The notes under the pieces are model-generated. The model did not search any database, was not told where the DNA came from, and worked only from the letters and a program-made list of their open reading frames with translations. This document shows, one piece after another, positions 46,652-64,000 of a stretch of DNA of 64,000 bases; positions within the stretch are counted from its first letter, which is position 1, and each line of letters starts with the position of its first letter. Position numbers and translations under genes: made by a program. The DNA comes from Escherichia phage EP01. The stretch lies in sequence record OM135583.1; one strand, given 5' to 3'.

Positions 46652-48634
46652 ATGGCAAATACCCCTGTAAATTATCAATTAACAAGAACAGCAAATGCTA
46701 TTCCCGAGATATTCGTCGGGGGTACATTTGCTGAAATAAAACAAAACCTCATTGAATGGCTTAATGGTCAAAATGAATTTTTGGATTATGATTTTGAAGG
46801 CTCAAGATTAAACGTTCTGTGCGACCTTTTGGCTTATAATACATTATACATTCAGCAGTTTGGTAATGCTGCCGTGTATGAAAGCTTTATGCGTACTGCT
46901 AACTTACGTAGTTCAGTAGTTCAAGCTGCACAAGATAATGGATATTTACCTACTTCAAAATCAGCTGCTCAAACTGAAATTATGCTAACTTGTACAGACG
47001 CATTGAATAGAAATTACATTACTATTCCTCGTGGTACTCGCTTTTTAGCATATGCAAAGGATACTTCTGTTAATCCTTATAACTTTGTCTCTACCGAAGA
47101 TGTTATTGCTATTCGCGATAAAAATAACCAATATTTTCCGCGTTTAAAATTGGCCCAGGGACGTATAGTAAGAACTGAAATCATTTATGATAAATTAACA
47201 CCTATTATCATTTATGACAAAAATATAGATAGAAACCAAGTTAAGCTGTATGTTGATGGAGCAGAATGGATTAACTGGACAAGAAAGTCAATGGTTCATG
47301 CTGGTTCTACATCAACAATTTACTACATGCGTGAAACTATTGATGGAAATACTGAATTTTATTTTGGTGAAGGTGAGATTTCTGTTAACGCGGCAGAAGG
47401 AGCATTGACTGCTAATTATATTGGAGGTCTTAAGCCTACCCAAAACTCTACGATTGTTATTGAGTATATCAGTACTAACGGTGCAGATGCGAATGGTGCA
47501 GTCGGATTTTCATACGCAGATACATTAACAAATATAACTGTCATCAATATTAACGAAAATCCAAATGATGACCCAGATTTTGTTGGGGCAGATGGCGGCG
47601 GCGATCCAGAAGATATTGAGCGTATTCGCGAATTGGGTACTATTAAACGCGAAACCCAGCAACGCTGCGTAACTGCGACTGACTATGATACATTCGTTTC
47701 AGAGAGATTTGGTTCTATTATTCAAGCGGTTCAGACTTTCACTGATTCTACTAAACCTGGTTATGCATTTATTGCTGCTAAACCTAAATCAGGATTATAT
47801 TTAACTACTGTACAACGTGAAGATATTAAAAATTATCTCAAAGATTATAATTTAGCTCCTATTACGCCATCAATTATTTCTCCTAATTATCTTTTTATTA
47901 AGACTAATTTAAAAGTCACATATGCTTTAAATAAGCTGCAAGAATCCGAACAGTGGCTCGAAGGTCAAATAATTGATAAAATTGATCGTTATTATACCGA
48001 AGATGTAGAAATTTTTAACTCATCTTTCGCTAAATCTAAGATGTTGACATATGTAGATGATGCAGATCATTCTATCATTGGCTCATCAGCGACAATTCAA
48101 ATTGTTCGTGAAGTACAAAACTTCTATAAAACGCCTGAAGCAGGTATTAAATACAATAATCAAATAAAAGACCGTTCTATGGAATCTAATACGTTTTCAT
48201 TTAATTCTGGACGAAAGGTTGTAAATCCTGATACTGGTTTAGAAGAAGATGTATTATATGACGTTCGCATAGTATCAACAGACCGAGATTCTAAAGGAAT
48301 TGGTAAAGTTATTATTGGTCCATTTGCTTCTGGTGATGTTACAGAAAATGAAAACATTCAGCCATATACAGGCAATGATTTTAATAAATTAGCAAGTTCC
48401 GATGGACGTGACAAATACTATGTTATCGGTGAAATAAATTATCCAGCTGACATGATTTATTGGAATATCGCTAAAATTAATTTAACATCCGATAAATTTG
48501 AGGTTCAGACTATTGAGCTATATTCTGATCCAATAGACGATGTTATTTTCACACGCGATGGTTCACTGATTGTATTTGAAAATGATTTACGTCCACAATA
48601 CTTAACTATCGATTTGGAGCCTATATCACAATGA
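46652..48634 (+). CDS. 6: Baseplate wedge protein gp6
   Basis: 660 aa (T4 gp6 length). Confidence 0.93.
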   Translation: MANTPVNYQLTRTANAIPEIFVGGTFAEIKQNLIEWLNGQNEFLDYDFEGSRLNVLCDLLAYNTLYIQQFGNAAVYESFMRTANLRSSVVQAAQDNGYLPTSKSAAQTEIMLTCTDALNRNYITIPRGTRFLAYAKDTSVNPYNFVSTEDVIAIRDKNNQYFPRLKLAQGRIVRTEIIYDKLTPIIIYDKNIDRNQVKLYVDGAEWINWTRKSMVHAGSTSTIYYMRETIDGNTEFYFGEGEISVNAAEGALTANYIGGLKPTQNSTIVIEYISTNGADANGAVGFSYADTLTNITVININENPNDDPDFVGADGGGDPEDIERIRELGTIKRETQQRCVTATDYDTFVSERFGSIIQAVQTFTDSTKPGYAFIAAKPKSGLYLTTVQREDIKNYLKDYNLAPITPSIISPNYLFIKTNLKVTYALNKLQESEQWLEGQIIDKIDRYYTEDVEIFNSSFAKSKMLTYVDDADHSIIGSSATIQIVREVQNFYKTPEAGIKYNNQIKDRSMESNTFSFNSGRKVVNPDTGLEEDVLYDVRIVSTDRDSKGIGKVIIGPFASGDVTENENIQPYTGNDFNKLASSDGRDKYYVIGEINYPADMIYWNIAKINLTSDKFEVQTIELYSDPIDDVIFTRDGSLIVFENDLRPQYLTIDLEPISQ

Positions 48635-51600
48635 CAGTAAAAGCACCTTCAGTCACTAGTCTCAGAATTTCCAAGTTATCCGCAAATCAGGTGCAAGTAC
48701 GCTGGGATGACGTTGGTGCTAATTTCTACTATTTTGTAGAAATCGCTGAGACAAAAACAGACTCGGGGGAAAATCTCCCGAGTAATCAATACAAATGGGT
48801 TAACTTAGGATATACTGCAAATAACAGCTTCTTTTTTGATGATGCCGACCCATTGACATCGTACATTATTAGAGTAGCTACAGCTGCGCAGGATTTTGAG
48901 CAGTCTGATTGGATTTATACTGAAGAGTTTGAAACTTTTGCTACAAATGCTTATACATTTCAAAACATGATTGAAATGCAATTAGCTAATAAATTCATTC
49001 AGGAAAAATTTACTCTTAATAATTCTGACTATGTTAATTTTAACAATGACACTATAATGGCTGCATTGATGAATGAATCGTTTCAATTCAGCCCGTCATA
49101 TGTTGATGTTTCATCAATAAGTAATTTTATTATTGGTGAAAATGAGTATCATGAAATACAAGGTTCTATTCAGCAAGTATGTAAGGATATTAACCGAGTT
49201 TATTTGATGGAATCAGAAGGGATTCTATATCTTTTTGAGCGTTATCAACCTGTAGTTAAAGTATCTAATGATAAAGGACAAACCTGGAAAGCTGTAAAGC
49301 TCTTCAATGACCGTGTAGGATATCCTTTATCTAAGACTGTATATTACCAATCTGCGAGCACAACATACGTTCTAGGATACGACAAGATTTTCTATGGCCG
49401 CAAATCTACTGATGTTAGATGGTCAGCTGATGATGTCAGATTTAGTTCGCAGGATATAACATTCGCTAAACTTGGTGATCAACTTCATTTGGGATTTGAT
49501 GTTGAAATCTTTGGTACTTATGCTACATTACCTGCAAATGTGTATCGTATAGCTGAAGCTATTACTTGCACCGATGATTACATTTACGTTGTCGCCAGAG
49601 ACAAAGTTAGATACATAAAAACGAGTAATGCACCTATAGATTCTGATCCATTATCTCCGACATATTCGGAAAGACTTTTTGAACCTGATACAATGACTAT
49701 AACCGGAAATCCTAAAGCAGTATGCTATAAAATGGATTCTGTCGGTGATAAAGTTTTTGCTCTTATTATTGGTGAAGTTGAAACATTAAATGCTAATCCT
49801 AGAACATCAAAAATAATTGATTCTGTTGATAAAGGAATATATGTTTTAAATCATGACACAAAAACGTGGAAAAGAGTTTTTGGCAACACTGAAGAAGAAA
49901 GAAGACGTATTCAACCGGGGTATGCGAATATGTCAACTGATGGTAAATTAGTTTCTTTATCATCGAGTAATTTTAAATTTTTAAGTGATAACGTTGTTAA
50001 TGACCCTGAAACTGTGGTGAAATATCAGTTAATCGGTGCTGTTAAATATGAATTTCCTCGTGAATGGTTAGCTGATAAGCATTATCATATGATGGCATTT
50101 ATAGCAGATGAAAAGTCTGATTGGGAAACTTTTACTCCTCAGCCGATGAAATACTACGCTGAACCATTCTTTAACTGGTCTAAAAAATCTAACACACGTT
50201 GTTGGATAAACAACTCTGATAGGGTTGTAGTAGTTTATGCTGATTTAAAATATACTAAAGTTATAGAAAACATTCCTGAAACATCACCAGATAGATTAGT
50301 TCATGAATACTGGGATGATGGCGATTGTACTATAGTAATGCCAAATGTTAAATTCACTGGATTTAAAAAATATGCATCTGGGATGCTTTTCTATAAAGCC
50401 TCTGGTGAAATAATTTCTTACTATGATTTTAACTATCGTGTTAGAGACACTGTCGAAATTATTTGGAAGCCAACTGAAGTATTTTTAAAAGCATTTTTAC
50501 AAAATCAAGAGCATGAAACTCCTTGGTCGCCTGAAGAAGAGCGTGGATTAGCTGACCCTGATTTAAGACCATTGATTGGCACAATGATGCCTGATTCTTA
50601 TTTGTTACAGGATTCGAATTTTGAAGCATTTTGCGAAGCATATATTCAATATCTTTCTGATGGATATGGAACTCAGTATAACAATTTACGAAATTTAATT
50701 CGTAACAAATATCCGCGAGAAGAGCACGCGTGGGAATATTTGTGGTCAGAGATATATAAAAGAAACATTTATTTAAATGCTGATAAACGTGATGCTGTTG
50801 CAAGATTTTTCGAATCACGCAGCTATGATTTTTATTCCACTAAAGGAATTGAAGCATCATACAAATTTCTTTTTAAAGTTCTTTATAATGAAGAAGTTGA
50901 AATTGAAATTGAATCTGGGGCTGGTACTGAATATGATATAATCGTTCAATCTGATTCTTTGACTGAAGACTTAGTAGGACAAACGATTTATACAGCTACA
51001 GGAAGATGTAATGTTACTTATATAGAAAGAAGCTATTCTAACGGTAAATTGCAATGGACCGTAACTATTCATAATCTTTTGGGAAGATTAATTGCTGGTC
51101 AAGAAGTTAAAGCAGAAAGACTCCCTAGTTTTGAAGGCGAAATTATTCGTGGGGTTAAAGGAAAGGATTTGCTTCAAAATAATATAGACTATATTAATAG
51201 AAGTCGATCATATTATGTAATGAAAATTAAATCCAATTTACCTTCTTCCCGCTGGAAATCTGACGTTATTCGTTTTGTTCATCCAGTAGGATTTGGATTT
51301 ATAGCAATTACCCTTTTAACGATGTTTATTAATGTTGGTTTAACTCTTAAACACACAGAGACTATAATTAATAAATACAAAAACTATAAATGGGATTCTG
51401 GATTGCCTACTGAATATGCTGATAGAGTAGCTAAATTGACTCCAACCGGTGAAATTGAGCATGATTCGGTAACAGGCGAAGCAATTTATGAACCTGGCCC
51501 AATGGCTGGTGTAAAATATCCTCTTCCTGATGACTATAATGCTGAAAATAATAATTCAATATTTCAAGGTCAATTGCCATCTGAACGACGTAAATTAATG

Positions 51601-51729
51601 AGTCCTCTATTTGATGCATCTGGAACAACATTTGCACAATTTAGGGATTTAGTTAATAAACGTCTAAAAGATAATATAGGAAATCCAAGAGACCCTGAAA
51701 ATCCAACACAGGTTAAAATAGATGAATGA
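48631..51729 (+). CDS. 7: Baseplate wedge protein gp7
   Basis: 1032 aa (T4 gp7 length). Confidence 0.93.
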   Translation: MTVKAPSVTSLRISKLSANQVQVRWDDVGANFYYFVEIAETKTDSGENLPSNQYKWVNLGYTANNSFFFDDADPLTSYIIRVATAAQDFEQSDWIYTEEFETFATNAYTFQNMIEMQLANKFIQEKFTLNNSDYVNFNNDTIMAALMNESFQFSPSYVDVSSISNFIIGENEYHEIQGSIQQVCKDINRVYLMESEGILYLFERYQPVVKVSNDKGQTWKAVKLFNDRVGYPLSKTVYYQSASTTYVLGYDKIFYGRKSTDVRWSADDVRFSSQDITFAKLGDQLHLGFDVEIFGTYATLPANVYRIAEAITCTDDYIYVVARDKVRYIKTSNAPIDSDPLSPTYSERLFEPDTMTITGNPKAVCYKMDSVGDKVFALIIGEVETLNANPRTSKIIDSVDKGIYVLNHDTKTWKRVFGNTEEERRRIQPGYANMSTDGKLVSLSSSNFKFLSDNVVNDPETVVKYQLIGAVKYEFPREWLADKHYHMMAFIADEKSDWETFTPQPMKYYAEPFFNWSKKSNTRCWINNSDRVVVVYADLKYTKVIENIPETSPDRLVHEYWDDGDCTIVMPNVKFTGFKKYASGMLFYKASGEIISYYDFNYRVRDTVEIIWKPTEVFLKAFLQNQEHETPWSPEEERGLADPDLRPLIGTMMPDSYLLQDSNFEAFCEAYIQYLSDGYGTQYNNLRNLIRNKYPREEHAWEYLWSEIYKRNIYLNADKRDAVARFFESRSYDFYSTKGIEASYKFLFKVLYNEEVEIEIESGAGTEYDIIVQSDSLTEDLVGQTIYTATGRCNVTYIERSYSNGKLQWTVTIHNLLGRLIAGQEVKAERLPSFEGEIIRGVKGKDLLQNNIDYINRSRSYYVMKIKSNLPSSRWKSDVIRFVHPVGFGFIAITLLTMFINVGLTLKHTETIINKYKNYKWDSGLPTEYADRVAKLTPTGEIEHDSVTGEAIYEPGPMAGVKYPLPDDYNAENNNSIFQGQLPSERRKLMSPLFDASGTTFAQFRDLVNKRLKDNIGNPRDPENPTQVKIDE

Positions 51730-52726
51730 TTCAAGTGTTATCTATCGTGCGATAGTTACTTCAAAATTTAGAACAGAAAAAATGTTGAATTTTTATAATT
51801 CAATTGGAAGTGGTCCGGATAAAAACACTATCTTTATCACATTTGGAAGATCAGAACCGTGGTCATCAAATGAAAATGAGGTGGGATTTGCCCCACCTTA
51901 TCCCACCGATTCTGTATTAGGTGTAACTGACATGTGGACTCATATGATGGGAACCGTGAAGGTTCTTCCATCTATGCTTGATGCAGTTATTCCTCGTCGA
52001 GATTGGGGAGATACTAGATATCCGGATCCATACACATTTAGAATTAACGATATTGTAGTATGTAACTCAGCTCCTTACAATGCTACCGAATCAGGCGCAG
52101 GCTGGTTAGTATATCGTTGTTTAGATGTTCCTGATACCGGAATGTGTTCAATTGAGTCTTTAACTAATAAGGATGAATGCCTTAAGTTAGGTGGAAAATG
52201 GACTCCTTCCGCGAGGTCAATGACTCCTCCTGAAGGTCGAGGAGACGCAGAAGGAACAATCGAGCCTGGAGACGGATATGTTTGGGAATATCTTTTTGAG
52301 ATTCCGCCTGATGTGTCTATAAATAGATGCACGAATGAATATATCGTGGTTCCTTGGCCTGAGGAATTAAAAGAAGACCCGACTAGATGGGGATATGAAG
52401 ATAATCTCACATGGCAGCAAGATGATTTTGGATTAATTTATCGGGTTAAGGCAAATACTATCCGTTTTAAAGCATATTTAGATTCAGTTTATTTTCCTGA
52501 AGCTGCATTGCCGGGAAATAAAGGATTTAGGCAAATATCAATAATCACGAATCCTCTTGAAGCTAAAGCTCATCCAAATGACCCAAACGTTAAAGCTGAA
52601 AAGGATTATTATGATCCAGAAGATTTAATGAGGCATTCGGGCGAAATGATTTATATGGAAAATAGGCCACCTATTATTATGGCAATGGATCAAACAGAAG
52701 AAATCAATATTCTGTTTACATTTTAA
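51722..52726 (+). CDS. 8: Baseplate wedge protein gp8
   Basis: 334 aa (T4 gp8 length). Confidence 0.93.
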   Translation: MNDSSVIYRAIVTSKFRTEKMLNFYNSIGSGPDKNTIFITFGRSEPWSSNENEVGFAPPYPTDSVLGVTDMWTHMMGTVKVLPSMLDAVIPRRDWGDTRYPDPYTFRINDIVVCNSAPYNATESGAGWLVYRCLDVPDTGMCSIESLTNKDECLKLGGKWTPSARSMTPPEGRGDAEGTIEPGDGYVWEYLFEIPPDVSINRCTNEYIVVPWPEELKEDPTRWGYEDNLTWQQDDFGLIYRVKANTIRFKAYLDSVYFPEAALPGNKGFRQISIITNPLEAKAHPNDPNVKAEKDYYDPEDLMRHSGEMIYMENRPPIIMAMDQTEEINILFTF

Positions 52727-52730
52727 CTTA

Positions 52731-52756
52731 AGGGAGCCCATGGGCTCCCTTTTTCT
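52731..52756 (+). terminator. Rho-independent terminator after gene 8
   Basis: GGGAGCCC-ATG-GGCTCCC hairpin followed by TTTTT. Confidence 0.65.
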
Positions 52757-52757
52757 T

Positions 52758-52765
52758 TATAAATA
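52758..52765 (+). promoter_or_regulatory. Late promoter (TATAAATA) for gene 9
   Basis: Exact TATAAATA 25 nt upstream of gp9 ATG, just after hairpin terminator. Confidence 0.6.
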
Positions 52766-52789
52766 CTATAAACTCATAAGGAAACCGCT

Positions 52790-53656
52790 ATGTTCATTCA
52801 AGAACCAAAGAAATTGATTGATACCGGCGAAATTGGTAACGCTTCTACTGGTGATATCTTATTCGACGGTGGTAATAAAATTAATAGTGATTTTAACGCA
52901 ATTTATAATGCGTTTGGCGATCAACGTAAAATGGCAGTAGCAAATGGCACTGGAGCAGATGGCCAAATTATCCATGCTACTGGATATTATCAAAAACACT
53001 CTATTGCAGAGTACGCAACTCCAGTGAAAGTTGGCACTAGGCATGATATTGATACCTCTACTGTAGGTGTTAAAGTTATCATTGAAAGAGGCGAACTTGG
53101 CGACTGCGTTGAATTTATTAACTCAAATGGATCAATATCAGTTACTAATCCTTTAACGATTCAAGCTATTGATTCAATTAAAGGCGTTTCAGGTAATTTG
53201 GTAGTAACTAGCCCATATAGTAAAGTAACTTTACGCTGTATTTCATCTGATAATTCTACATCTGTTTGGAATTATTCTATTGAAAGTATGTTTGGACAAA
53301 AGGAATCACCAGCTGAAGGTACATGGAATATTTCTACATCCGGATCAGTTGATATTCCACTATTTCATCGTATTGAATATAACATGGCTAAATTGTTAGT
53401 TACATGTCAATCGGTAGATGGAAGAAAAATTAAAACGGCAGAAATAAATATTCTTGTGGATACTGTTAATTCAGCGGTCATTTCTTCTGAATATGCTGTC
53501 ATGCGGGTTGGGAATGAAACCGAAGAAGACGAAATCGCTAATATTGCATTTAGTATTAAAGAAAATTATGTAACGGCGACTATAAGTTCTTCAACTGTCG
53601 GTATGAGAGCAGCAGTTAAAGTTATCGCTACGCAGAAAATCGGGGTGGCTCAATAA
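52790..53656 (+). CDS. 9: Baseplate wedge / long tail fiber socket protein gp9
   Basis: 288 aa (T4 gp9 length); late promoter upstream. Confidence 0.93.
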   Translation: MFIQEPKKLIDTGEIGNASTGDILFDGGNKINSDFNAIYNAFGDQRKMAVANGTGADGQIIHATGYYQKHSIAEYATPVKVGTRHDIDTSTVGVKVIIERGELGDCVEFINSNGSISVTNPLTIQAIDSIKGVSGNLVVTSPYSKVTLRCISSDNSTSVWNYSIESMFGQKESPAEGTWNISTSGSVDIPLFHRIEYNMAKLLVTCQSVDGRKIKTAEINILVDTVNSAVISSEYAVMRVGNETEEDEIANIAFSIKENYVTATISSSTVGMRAAVKVIATQKIGVAQ

Positions 53657-55461
53657 TGAAACAAAATATTAATATCGGTAATGTTGTTGATGATGGTACC
53701 GGTGACTACCTGCGTAAAGGTGGTATAAAAATAAATGAAAACTTTGATGAACTTTATTATGAACTTGGTGATGGAGATGTTCCATATTCAGCCGGTGCCT
53801 GGAAAACTTATAATGCTTCATCTGGACAAACACTAACGGCAGAATGGGGAAAATCATATGCCATTAATACTTCGTCTGGAAGAGTAACTCTACAACTTCC
53901 TAAAGGAACTGTTAATGATTACAACAAGGTAATTAGAGCTAGAGACGTATTCGCTACATGGAACATCAATCCAGTTACTTTAGTAGCTGCTTCCGGAGAT
54001 ACAATTAAAGGGTCGTCATCATCGGTTGAAATTAATGTTCAATTTAGTGATTTAGAGTTAGTTTATTGCGCTCCAGGACGTTGGGAATATGTCAAAAACA
54101 AACAAATTGACAAAATTGCTAGTTCAGATATTAGTAATGTAGCTCGCAAAGAATTTTTAGTTGAAGTTCAAGGACAAACTGACTTTTTAGATGTTTTCAA
54201 TGGAACTAGTTATAATGTCAATAACATCAGAGTAAAACATCGTGGTAACGAATTGTATTACGGTGATGTATTTAGCGAAAACAGTGACTTTGGCTCTCCG
54301 GGCGAAAATGAAGGCGAATTAGTTCCTCTTGATGGATTTAATATTAGGCTAAGACAGCCATGTAATATTGGTGACACCGTTCAAATTGAAACATTTATGG
54401 ATGGTGTATCACAATGGAGAAGTTCATATACAAGACGCCAAATAAAAGTACTAGATTCAAAACTAACATCAAAGACTTCTTTAGAAGGAAGCATTTATGT
54501 TACTGATTTATCGGCGATGAAATCAATTCCATTTTCTGCATTTGGATTAATTCCTGGTGAACCCATTAATCCTAACTCTCTTGAGGTTCGTTTTAATGGA
54601 ATTTTACAGCAGCAGGCTGGAACAGCTGGATATCCTCTGTTTTTGTGTGAAGGCGCTAATTCAGATACGCAAGAAGGATGTATATCTCTTGGTGGCGAAT
54701 GGAAAGAATCAAACACCGATTATTCTATAGAATATGAAGACGGAAAACCTATCAGTCTTTTATTTGATAGAAAATTTGAATCCGGTGACATTATCGTTAT
54801 AACATGGTTCAATAATGATTTAGGAACTCTTTTAGAAAAAGATGACATCATTGAATTGACTGATGACCGTTATGTTAGTAAAGGGTCAGCTACTGAAGTT
54901 ACCGGTGATGTGGCCTTAACAGATTTTGATAAAATCGGTTGGCCAAATGTTGAAAAAGTTGATTCTTATACTAGAACGTATAATTCAATATCATCTATTT
55001 TCGACAGCATTTATCCTGTTGGTTCAATTTATGAAAATGCTATAAACCCAAATAATCCGGTGACTTATATGGGATTTGGTTCATGGAAATTATTTGGTAA
55101 AGGACAAGTTTTAGTAGGATGGAATGATGATGTTACGGATCCAAACTTTGCTTTAAACAATAATGATTTAGATTCTAGCGGAAATCCTTCACATACTGCC
55201 GGTGGAACAGTTGGAACAACATCAGTAACGCTTGAAAACGCAAATCTTCCTGCGACTAAAACCGACGAAAGAGTTTTAATTGAAGACGAAAATGGATCGG
55301 TTATTATTGGAGGTTGCCAATATGATCCAGATGAAACTGGTCCTATATATACAAAATATCGTGAAGATTACGCAACAACAAACTCTTCACATACTCCTCC
55401 TGCTAATATTAGTAATATTCAACCGTCTATTACTGTATACCGTTGGATAAGGATTGCATAA
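53656..55461 (+). CDS. 10: Baseplate wedge protein gp10
   Basis: 601 aa (T4 gp10 is 602 from memory). Confidence 0.93.
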   Translation: MKQNINIGNVVDDGTGDYLRKGGIKINENFDELYYELGDGDVPYSAGAWKTYNASSGQTLTAEWGKSYAINTSSGRVTLQLPKGTVNDYNKVIRARDVFATWNINPVTLVAASGDTIKGSSSSVEINVQFSDLELVYCAPGRWEYVKNKQIDKIASSDISNVARKEFLVEVQGQTDFLDVFNGTSYNVNNIRVKHRGNELYYGDVFSENSDFGSPGENEGELVPLDGFNIRLRQPCNIGDTVQIETFMDGVSQWRSSYTRRQIKVLDSKLTSKTSLEGSIYVTDLSAMKSIPFSAFGLIPGEPINPNSLEVRFNGILQQQAGTAGYPLFLCEGANSDTQEGCISLGGEWKESNTDYSIEYEDGKPISLLFDRKFESGDIIVITWFNNDLGTLLEKDDIIELTDDRYVSKGSATEVTGDVALTDFDKIGWPNVEKVDSYTRTYNSISSIFDSIYPVGSIYENAINPNNPVTYMGFGSWKLFGKGQVLVGWNDDVTDPNFALNNNDLDSSGNPSHTAGGTVGTTSVTLENANLPATKTDERVLIEDENGSVIIGGCQYDPDETGPIYTKYREDYATTNSSHTPPANISNIQPSITVYRWIRIA

Positions 55462-56120
55462 TGAGTTTACTTAATAATAAAGCGGGAGTTATTTCCCGCT
55501 TAGCAGATTTTCTTGGTTTTAGAACTAAGAAAAATGATATTTCGGTTATGAATAATCAGCCAGTAGGCGCTGTAACAATTTCACAAATAGCAAAAGGTTT
55601 TTATGACCCAAATGTAGAATCTGCTATTAATGATGTTAGAAATATGGCAGAGCAACAGGTTGGAACTGTATTAGTTAATATAAGTGGCGTATCTCCTACT
55701 GGCGTGCAGCAAACAGACTACTGGTCATTTGAAGGAACTGTCAATGATACTTCAGCCAAACCAGGTGACCCAGTTATTGTTAACATGTTTGGCATTCCTG
55801 TTAAAGCTACTAATGGAATGACTTCAATCGAATTTACCAGTGCCGTTAGAATAGCTCTACAGGAAATGGTAGCAAAATTTATTGCAATTGATTCATTTGA
55901 AGACCATCCTACCATAGGAAATAAAATACAAGTTAAGTATTTAGATAACCAAGAACATATCTTAGAACAATACTCTGATAAAGGAATTACTTTCAAACAG
56001 GAAATAATTTCTCCTTCTAAACCTGGGTACGGAACTTGGCAATTATTAGGTGCGCAAACTGTTACGCTAGATAGCCACACACAACCTACAGTATTTTATT
56101 ATTTTGAGAGAGTAGCATGA
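55461..56120 (+). CDS. 11: Baseplate wedge / short tail fiber connector gp11
   Basis: Start at MSLLNNKAG (TAATG overlap with gp10 stop) gives 219 aa as in T4. Confidence 0.9.
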   Translation: MSLLNNKAGVISRLADFLGFRTKKNDISVMNNQPVGAVTISQIAKGFYDPNVESAINDVRNMAEQQVGTVLVNISGVSPTGVQQTDYWSFEGTVNDTSAKPGDPVIVNMFGIPVKATNGMTSIEFTSAVRIALQEMVAKFIAIDSFEDHPTIGNKIQVKYLDNQEHILEQYSDKGITFKQEIISPSKPGYGTWQLLGAQTVTLDSHTQPTVFYYFERVA

Positions 56121-57673
56121 GTAACAATACATATCAGCACGTATCAAATGAATCAAAATATGTTAAATTCGATCCTACTGGATCGAATTTTCCTAACACT
56201 GTTACGACAGTGCAGTCTGCATTATCAAAAATAAGTAATATCGGCGTAAATGGTATTCCTGATGCAACTATGGAAGTTAAAGGAATAGCAATGATTGCGT
56301 CAGAACAAGAGGTTTTAGATGGAACTAATAATTCTAAAATCGTTACGCCAGCTACATTAGCAACAAGGTTATTATACCCAAATGCTACTGAAACTAAATA
56401 TGGTTTAACGCGTTATTCAACAAATGAAGAAACGTTAGAAGGCTCAGATAATAATTCATCAATAACGCCGCAAAAACTGAAATACCATACTGACGATGTG
56501 TTCCAAAATAGATATTCGTCTGAGTCATCAAACGGGGTTATTAAAATATCATCTACACCTGCAGCTTTAGCTGGAGTTGATGATACTACGGCAATGACTC
56601 CATTAAAAACGCAAAAACTTGCAATAAAATTAATTTCACAAATAGCTCCTTCCGAAGATACTGCATCAGAATCTGTGAGAGGTGTAGTTCAATTATCTAC
56701 TGTTGCGCAAACTCGTCAAGGAACTCTCCGCGAAGGATATGCAATTTCTCCGTATACCTTTATGAATTCTGTTGCAACACAAGAATATAAGGGTGTTATA
56801 CGTTTAGGAACACAATCGGAAATTAACAGTAATTTGGGAGATGTTGCAGTAACGGGTGAAACACTAAATGGTCGAGGAGCTACTGGTTCTATGCGTGGAG
56901 TAGTTAAATTAACGACGCAAGCCGGTATTGCCCCTGAAGGTGATAGCTCTGGTGCATTAGCATGGAACGCAGATGTAATTAATACTCGTGGTGGACAAAC
57001 TATTAATGGTTCTTTAAATTTAGACCATCTTACAGCAAATGGAATTTGGTCACGCGGCGGTATGTGGAAAAATGGCGATCAACCTGTTGCCACTGAAAGA
57101 TATGCGTCCGAAAGGGTTCCAGTCGGAACTATTATGATGTTTGCGGGTGATTCAGCACCTCCTGGTTGGATTATGTGCCACGGTGGAACCGTCTCAGGTG
57201 CCCAATTTCCTGATTATAGAAACACAGTTGGAACAAGATTTGGTGGTGATTGGAATAATCCTGGTATTCCTGATATGCGAGGTCTTTTTGTTAGAGGAGC
57301 TGGCACAGGCAGTCATATTTTAAATCAACGCGGACAAAATGGTTATGGGAAGGATAGACTTGGTGTAGGATGCGACGGAATGCATGTTGGTGGTGTTCAG
57401 GCACAACAAATGTCATACCATAAACATGCTGGTGCCTGGGGGGAAAATGGAAATAACAGAGGTTATGCACCGTTTGGCGCATCTAATCGCAGTGGATATT
57501 TAGGCAATGGTAAAAGCGCCGACTGGGACAACCATTTGTTCTTTACTAACGACGGATTTGAAATGGGTGGTGCTCGTGACTCGTTTGGCACGTTAAACCG
57601 TGAAGGATTAATTGGTTATGAAACTAGACCATGGAATATATCATTAAACTATATTATTAAAGTTCATTACTAA
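56117..57673 (+). CDS. 12: Short tail fiber protein gp12
   Basis: 518 aa; position and T4-like C-terminus. Confidence 0.92.
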   Translation: MSNNTYQHVSNESKYVKFDPTGSNFPNTVTTVQSALSKISNIGVNGIPDATMEVKGIAMIASEQEVLDGTNNSKIVTPATLATRLLYPNATETKYGLTRYSTNEETLEGSDNNSSITPQKLKYHTDDVFQNRYSSESSNGVIKISSTPAALAGVDDTTAMTPLKTQKLAIKLISQIAPSEDTASESVRGVVQLSTVAQTRQGTLREGYAISPYTFMNSVATQEYKGVIRLGTQSEINSNLGDVAVTGETLNGRGATGSMRGVVKLTTQAGIAPEGDSSGALAWNADVINTRGGQTINGSLNLDHLTANGIWSRGGMWKNGDQPVATERYASERVPVGTIMMFAGDSAPPGWIMCHGGTVSGAQFPDYRNTVGTRFGGDWNNPGIPDMRGLFVRGAGTGSHILNQRGQNGYGKDRLGVGCDGMHVGGVQAQQMSYHKHAGAWGENGNNRGYAPFGASNRSGYLGNGKSADWDNHLFFTNDGFEMGGARDSFGTLNREGLIGYETRPWNISLNYIIKVHY

Positions 57674-57682
57674 GGATTACAA

Positions 57683-59140
57683 ATGATTGAATTAAAAGAG
57701 TTACCTTTTGTTGATAGCGTTCCTGGCGAAGGCCAGGAACGTATTTCATGGATTAAAAATGGTGAAGAAGTATTAGGAGCTAGTACTAAGTATGGAAATG
57801 ATGGATCAATGAATAGACCAATTGTTTCCGTGTTTAAAAACGTCGAAGTTCTTGATGAAAATGTGGGAATTCTTAAAACTGCCATTGAAACATCACAGAA
57901 AGATATTAAAACAATTCAAGGAGTTTTAGATGTATCTGGTGATATTGAAGCTTTGGCCCAAATAAGTATCAATAAAAAGGATATTTCTGACCTTAAAACG
58001 CTAACCAGTGAACATACAGAAATATTAAATGGGACTAATAGTACGGTTGACAGCATTCTTGCTGATATTGGTCCATTTAACTCCGAGGCCAACTCTGTAT
58101 ACAGAACGATCAGAAATGATTTACTATGGATAAAGCGTGAACTTGGACAATATACAGGCCAAGATATTAATGGTCTTCCTGTTGTAGGAAATCCTAGCAC
58201 AGGAATGAAGCATCGCATTATTAATAATACTGATGTCATTACTTCACAGGGAATACGTTTAAGCGAATTAGAAACAAAATTTATTGAATCTGATGTAGGT
58301 TCTTTAACTATTGAAGTTGGTAATCTTCGTGAAGAGCTTGGACCAAAACCACCATCATTTTCACAAACCGTTTACAGTCGCTTAAATGAAATTGACACTA
58401 AACAGACAACAGTTGAGTCTGACATTAGTGCTATTAAGACCTCAATAGGATATCCAGGAAATAATTCGATTATTACGAGTGTTAATACAAACACTGATAA
58501 TATTGCATCTATTAATTTAGAGCTAAATCAAAGTGGAGGTATTAAACAGCGTTTAACCGTTATTGAAACTTCTATTGGTTCAGATGATATTCCTTCGAGT
58601 ATTAAAGGCCAAATCAAAGATAATACAACTTCAATCGAAGCTCTAAATGGAATCGTCGGTGAAAACACTTCATCCGGTTTAAGAGCGAATGTTTCGTGGT
58701 TAAACCAAATTGTTGGAACTGATTCTAGCGGTGGACAACCTTCTCCTCCTGGGTCTCTTTTAAACCGAGTTTCTACAATTGAAACTTCTGTTTCAAGCTT
58801 GAACAACGATGTTCAAAACCTACAAGTAGAGATTGGTAATAACAGCACAGGAATTAAAGGACAAGTTGTAGCGTTAAATACTTTAGTAAATGGAACTAAT
58901 CCAAACGGTTCAACTGTCGAAGAACGTGGATTAACCAATTCAATAAAAGCTAACGAAACCAACCTTGCATCAGTTACACAAGAAGTGAATACAGCCAAAG
59001 GTAGTATATCTTCTCTGCAAGGTGATGTTCAAGCTCTACAAGAAGCAGGTTATATTCCTGAAGCTCCAAAAGATGGTCAAGCTTACGTTCGTAAAGACGG
59101 CGAATGGGTATTACTTTCTACCTTTTTATCACCAGCATAA
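57683..59140 (+). CDS. wac: Fibritin (whisker antigen control)
   Basis: 485 aa coiled coil; C-terminal foldon [27 protein letters not shown]. Confidence 0.97.
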   Translation: MIELKELPFVDSVPGEGQERISWIKNGEEVLGASTKYGNDGSMNRPIVSVFKNVEVLDENVGILKTAIETSQKDIKTIQGVLDVSGDIEALAQISINKKDISDLKTLTSEHTEILNGTNSTVDSILADIGPFNSEANSVYRTIRNDLLWIKRELGQYTGQDINGLPVVGNPSTGMKHRIINNTDVITSQGIRLSELETKFIESDVGSLTIEVGNLREELGPKPPSFSQTVYSRLNEIDTKQTTVESDISAIKTSIGYPGNNSIITSVNTNTDNIASINLELNQSGGIKQRLTVIETSIGSDDIPSSIKGQIKDNTTSIEALNGIVGENTSSGLRANVSWLNQIVGTDSSGGQPSPPGSLLNRVSTIETSVSSLNNDVQNLQVEIGNNSTGIKGQVVALNTLVNGTNPNGSTVEERGLTNSIKANETNLASVTQEVNTAKGSISSLQGDVQALQEAGYIPEAPKDGQAYVRKDGEWVLLSTFLSPA

Positions 59141-59145
59141 CATGG

Positions 59146-59161
59146 GGCCGCAAGGCCCCAA
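59146..59161 (+). terminator. Hairpin downstream of wac (weak terminator or RNA stability element)
   Basis: GGGGCC-GCAA-GGCCCC tetraloop hairpin; no clean U-tract. Confidence 0.35.
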
Positions 59162-59172
59162 AGGATTTTTAA

Positions 59173-60874
<1,702 letters not shown>

Positions 60875-60915
60875 TAAATATTATAAACTAATTAAAGCCC
60901 AGATTAGGAGAAATC

Positions 60916-64000
<3,085 letters not shown>

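Overview
This window is a T4-like (Tevenvirinae) phage genome segment, colinear with T4 genes 46 through 17 and very close to T4 (the gene e lysozyme differs from my memory of T4 lysozyme at about 3 residues). All homology calls come from reading translations against remembered T4 and E. coli proteins; nothing was searched. Positions 1-43471 are almost entirely minus-strand early/middle genes: 46, an HNH endonuclease, 47, a-gt, 55, nrdH/nrdG/nrdD, 49, nrdC, a roughly 12 kb hyperplastic nrdC-tk region, tk, a macro-domain gene, regB, a GrcA-like gene, ipIII/ipII-like, e, nudE, eight tRNAs with a segB-like GIY-YIG gene, an expanded ipI-like internal-protein locus, 57B (Acb1), 57A, 1, 3, 2 and 4. 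Positions 43519-64000 are plus-strand late genes: 53, 5, 5.1, 5.4, 6-12, wac, 13-16 and the start of 17. T4-type early promoters (GTTTAC, 18 bp, TATAAT-like) with tetraloop hairpin terminators recur as cassettes in front of accessory genes. The most interesting accessory content is the tandem array of capsid-targeted internal-protein genes, a four-gene paralog array, an ATPase plus nucleotidyltransferase module, a Poa1p-like macro domain and a mosaic GrcA-like gene. No CRISPR array, integrase or transposase was seen. Several ORF-track starts use GTG/TTG and were moved to the nearest ATG with a Shine-Dalgarno.
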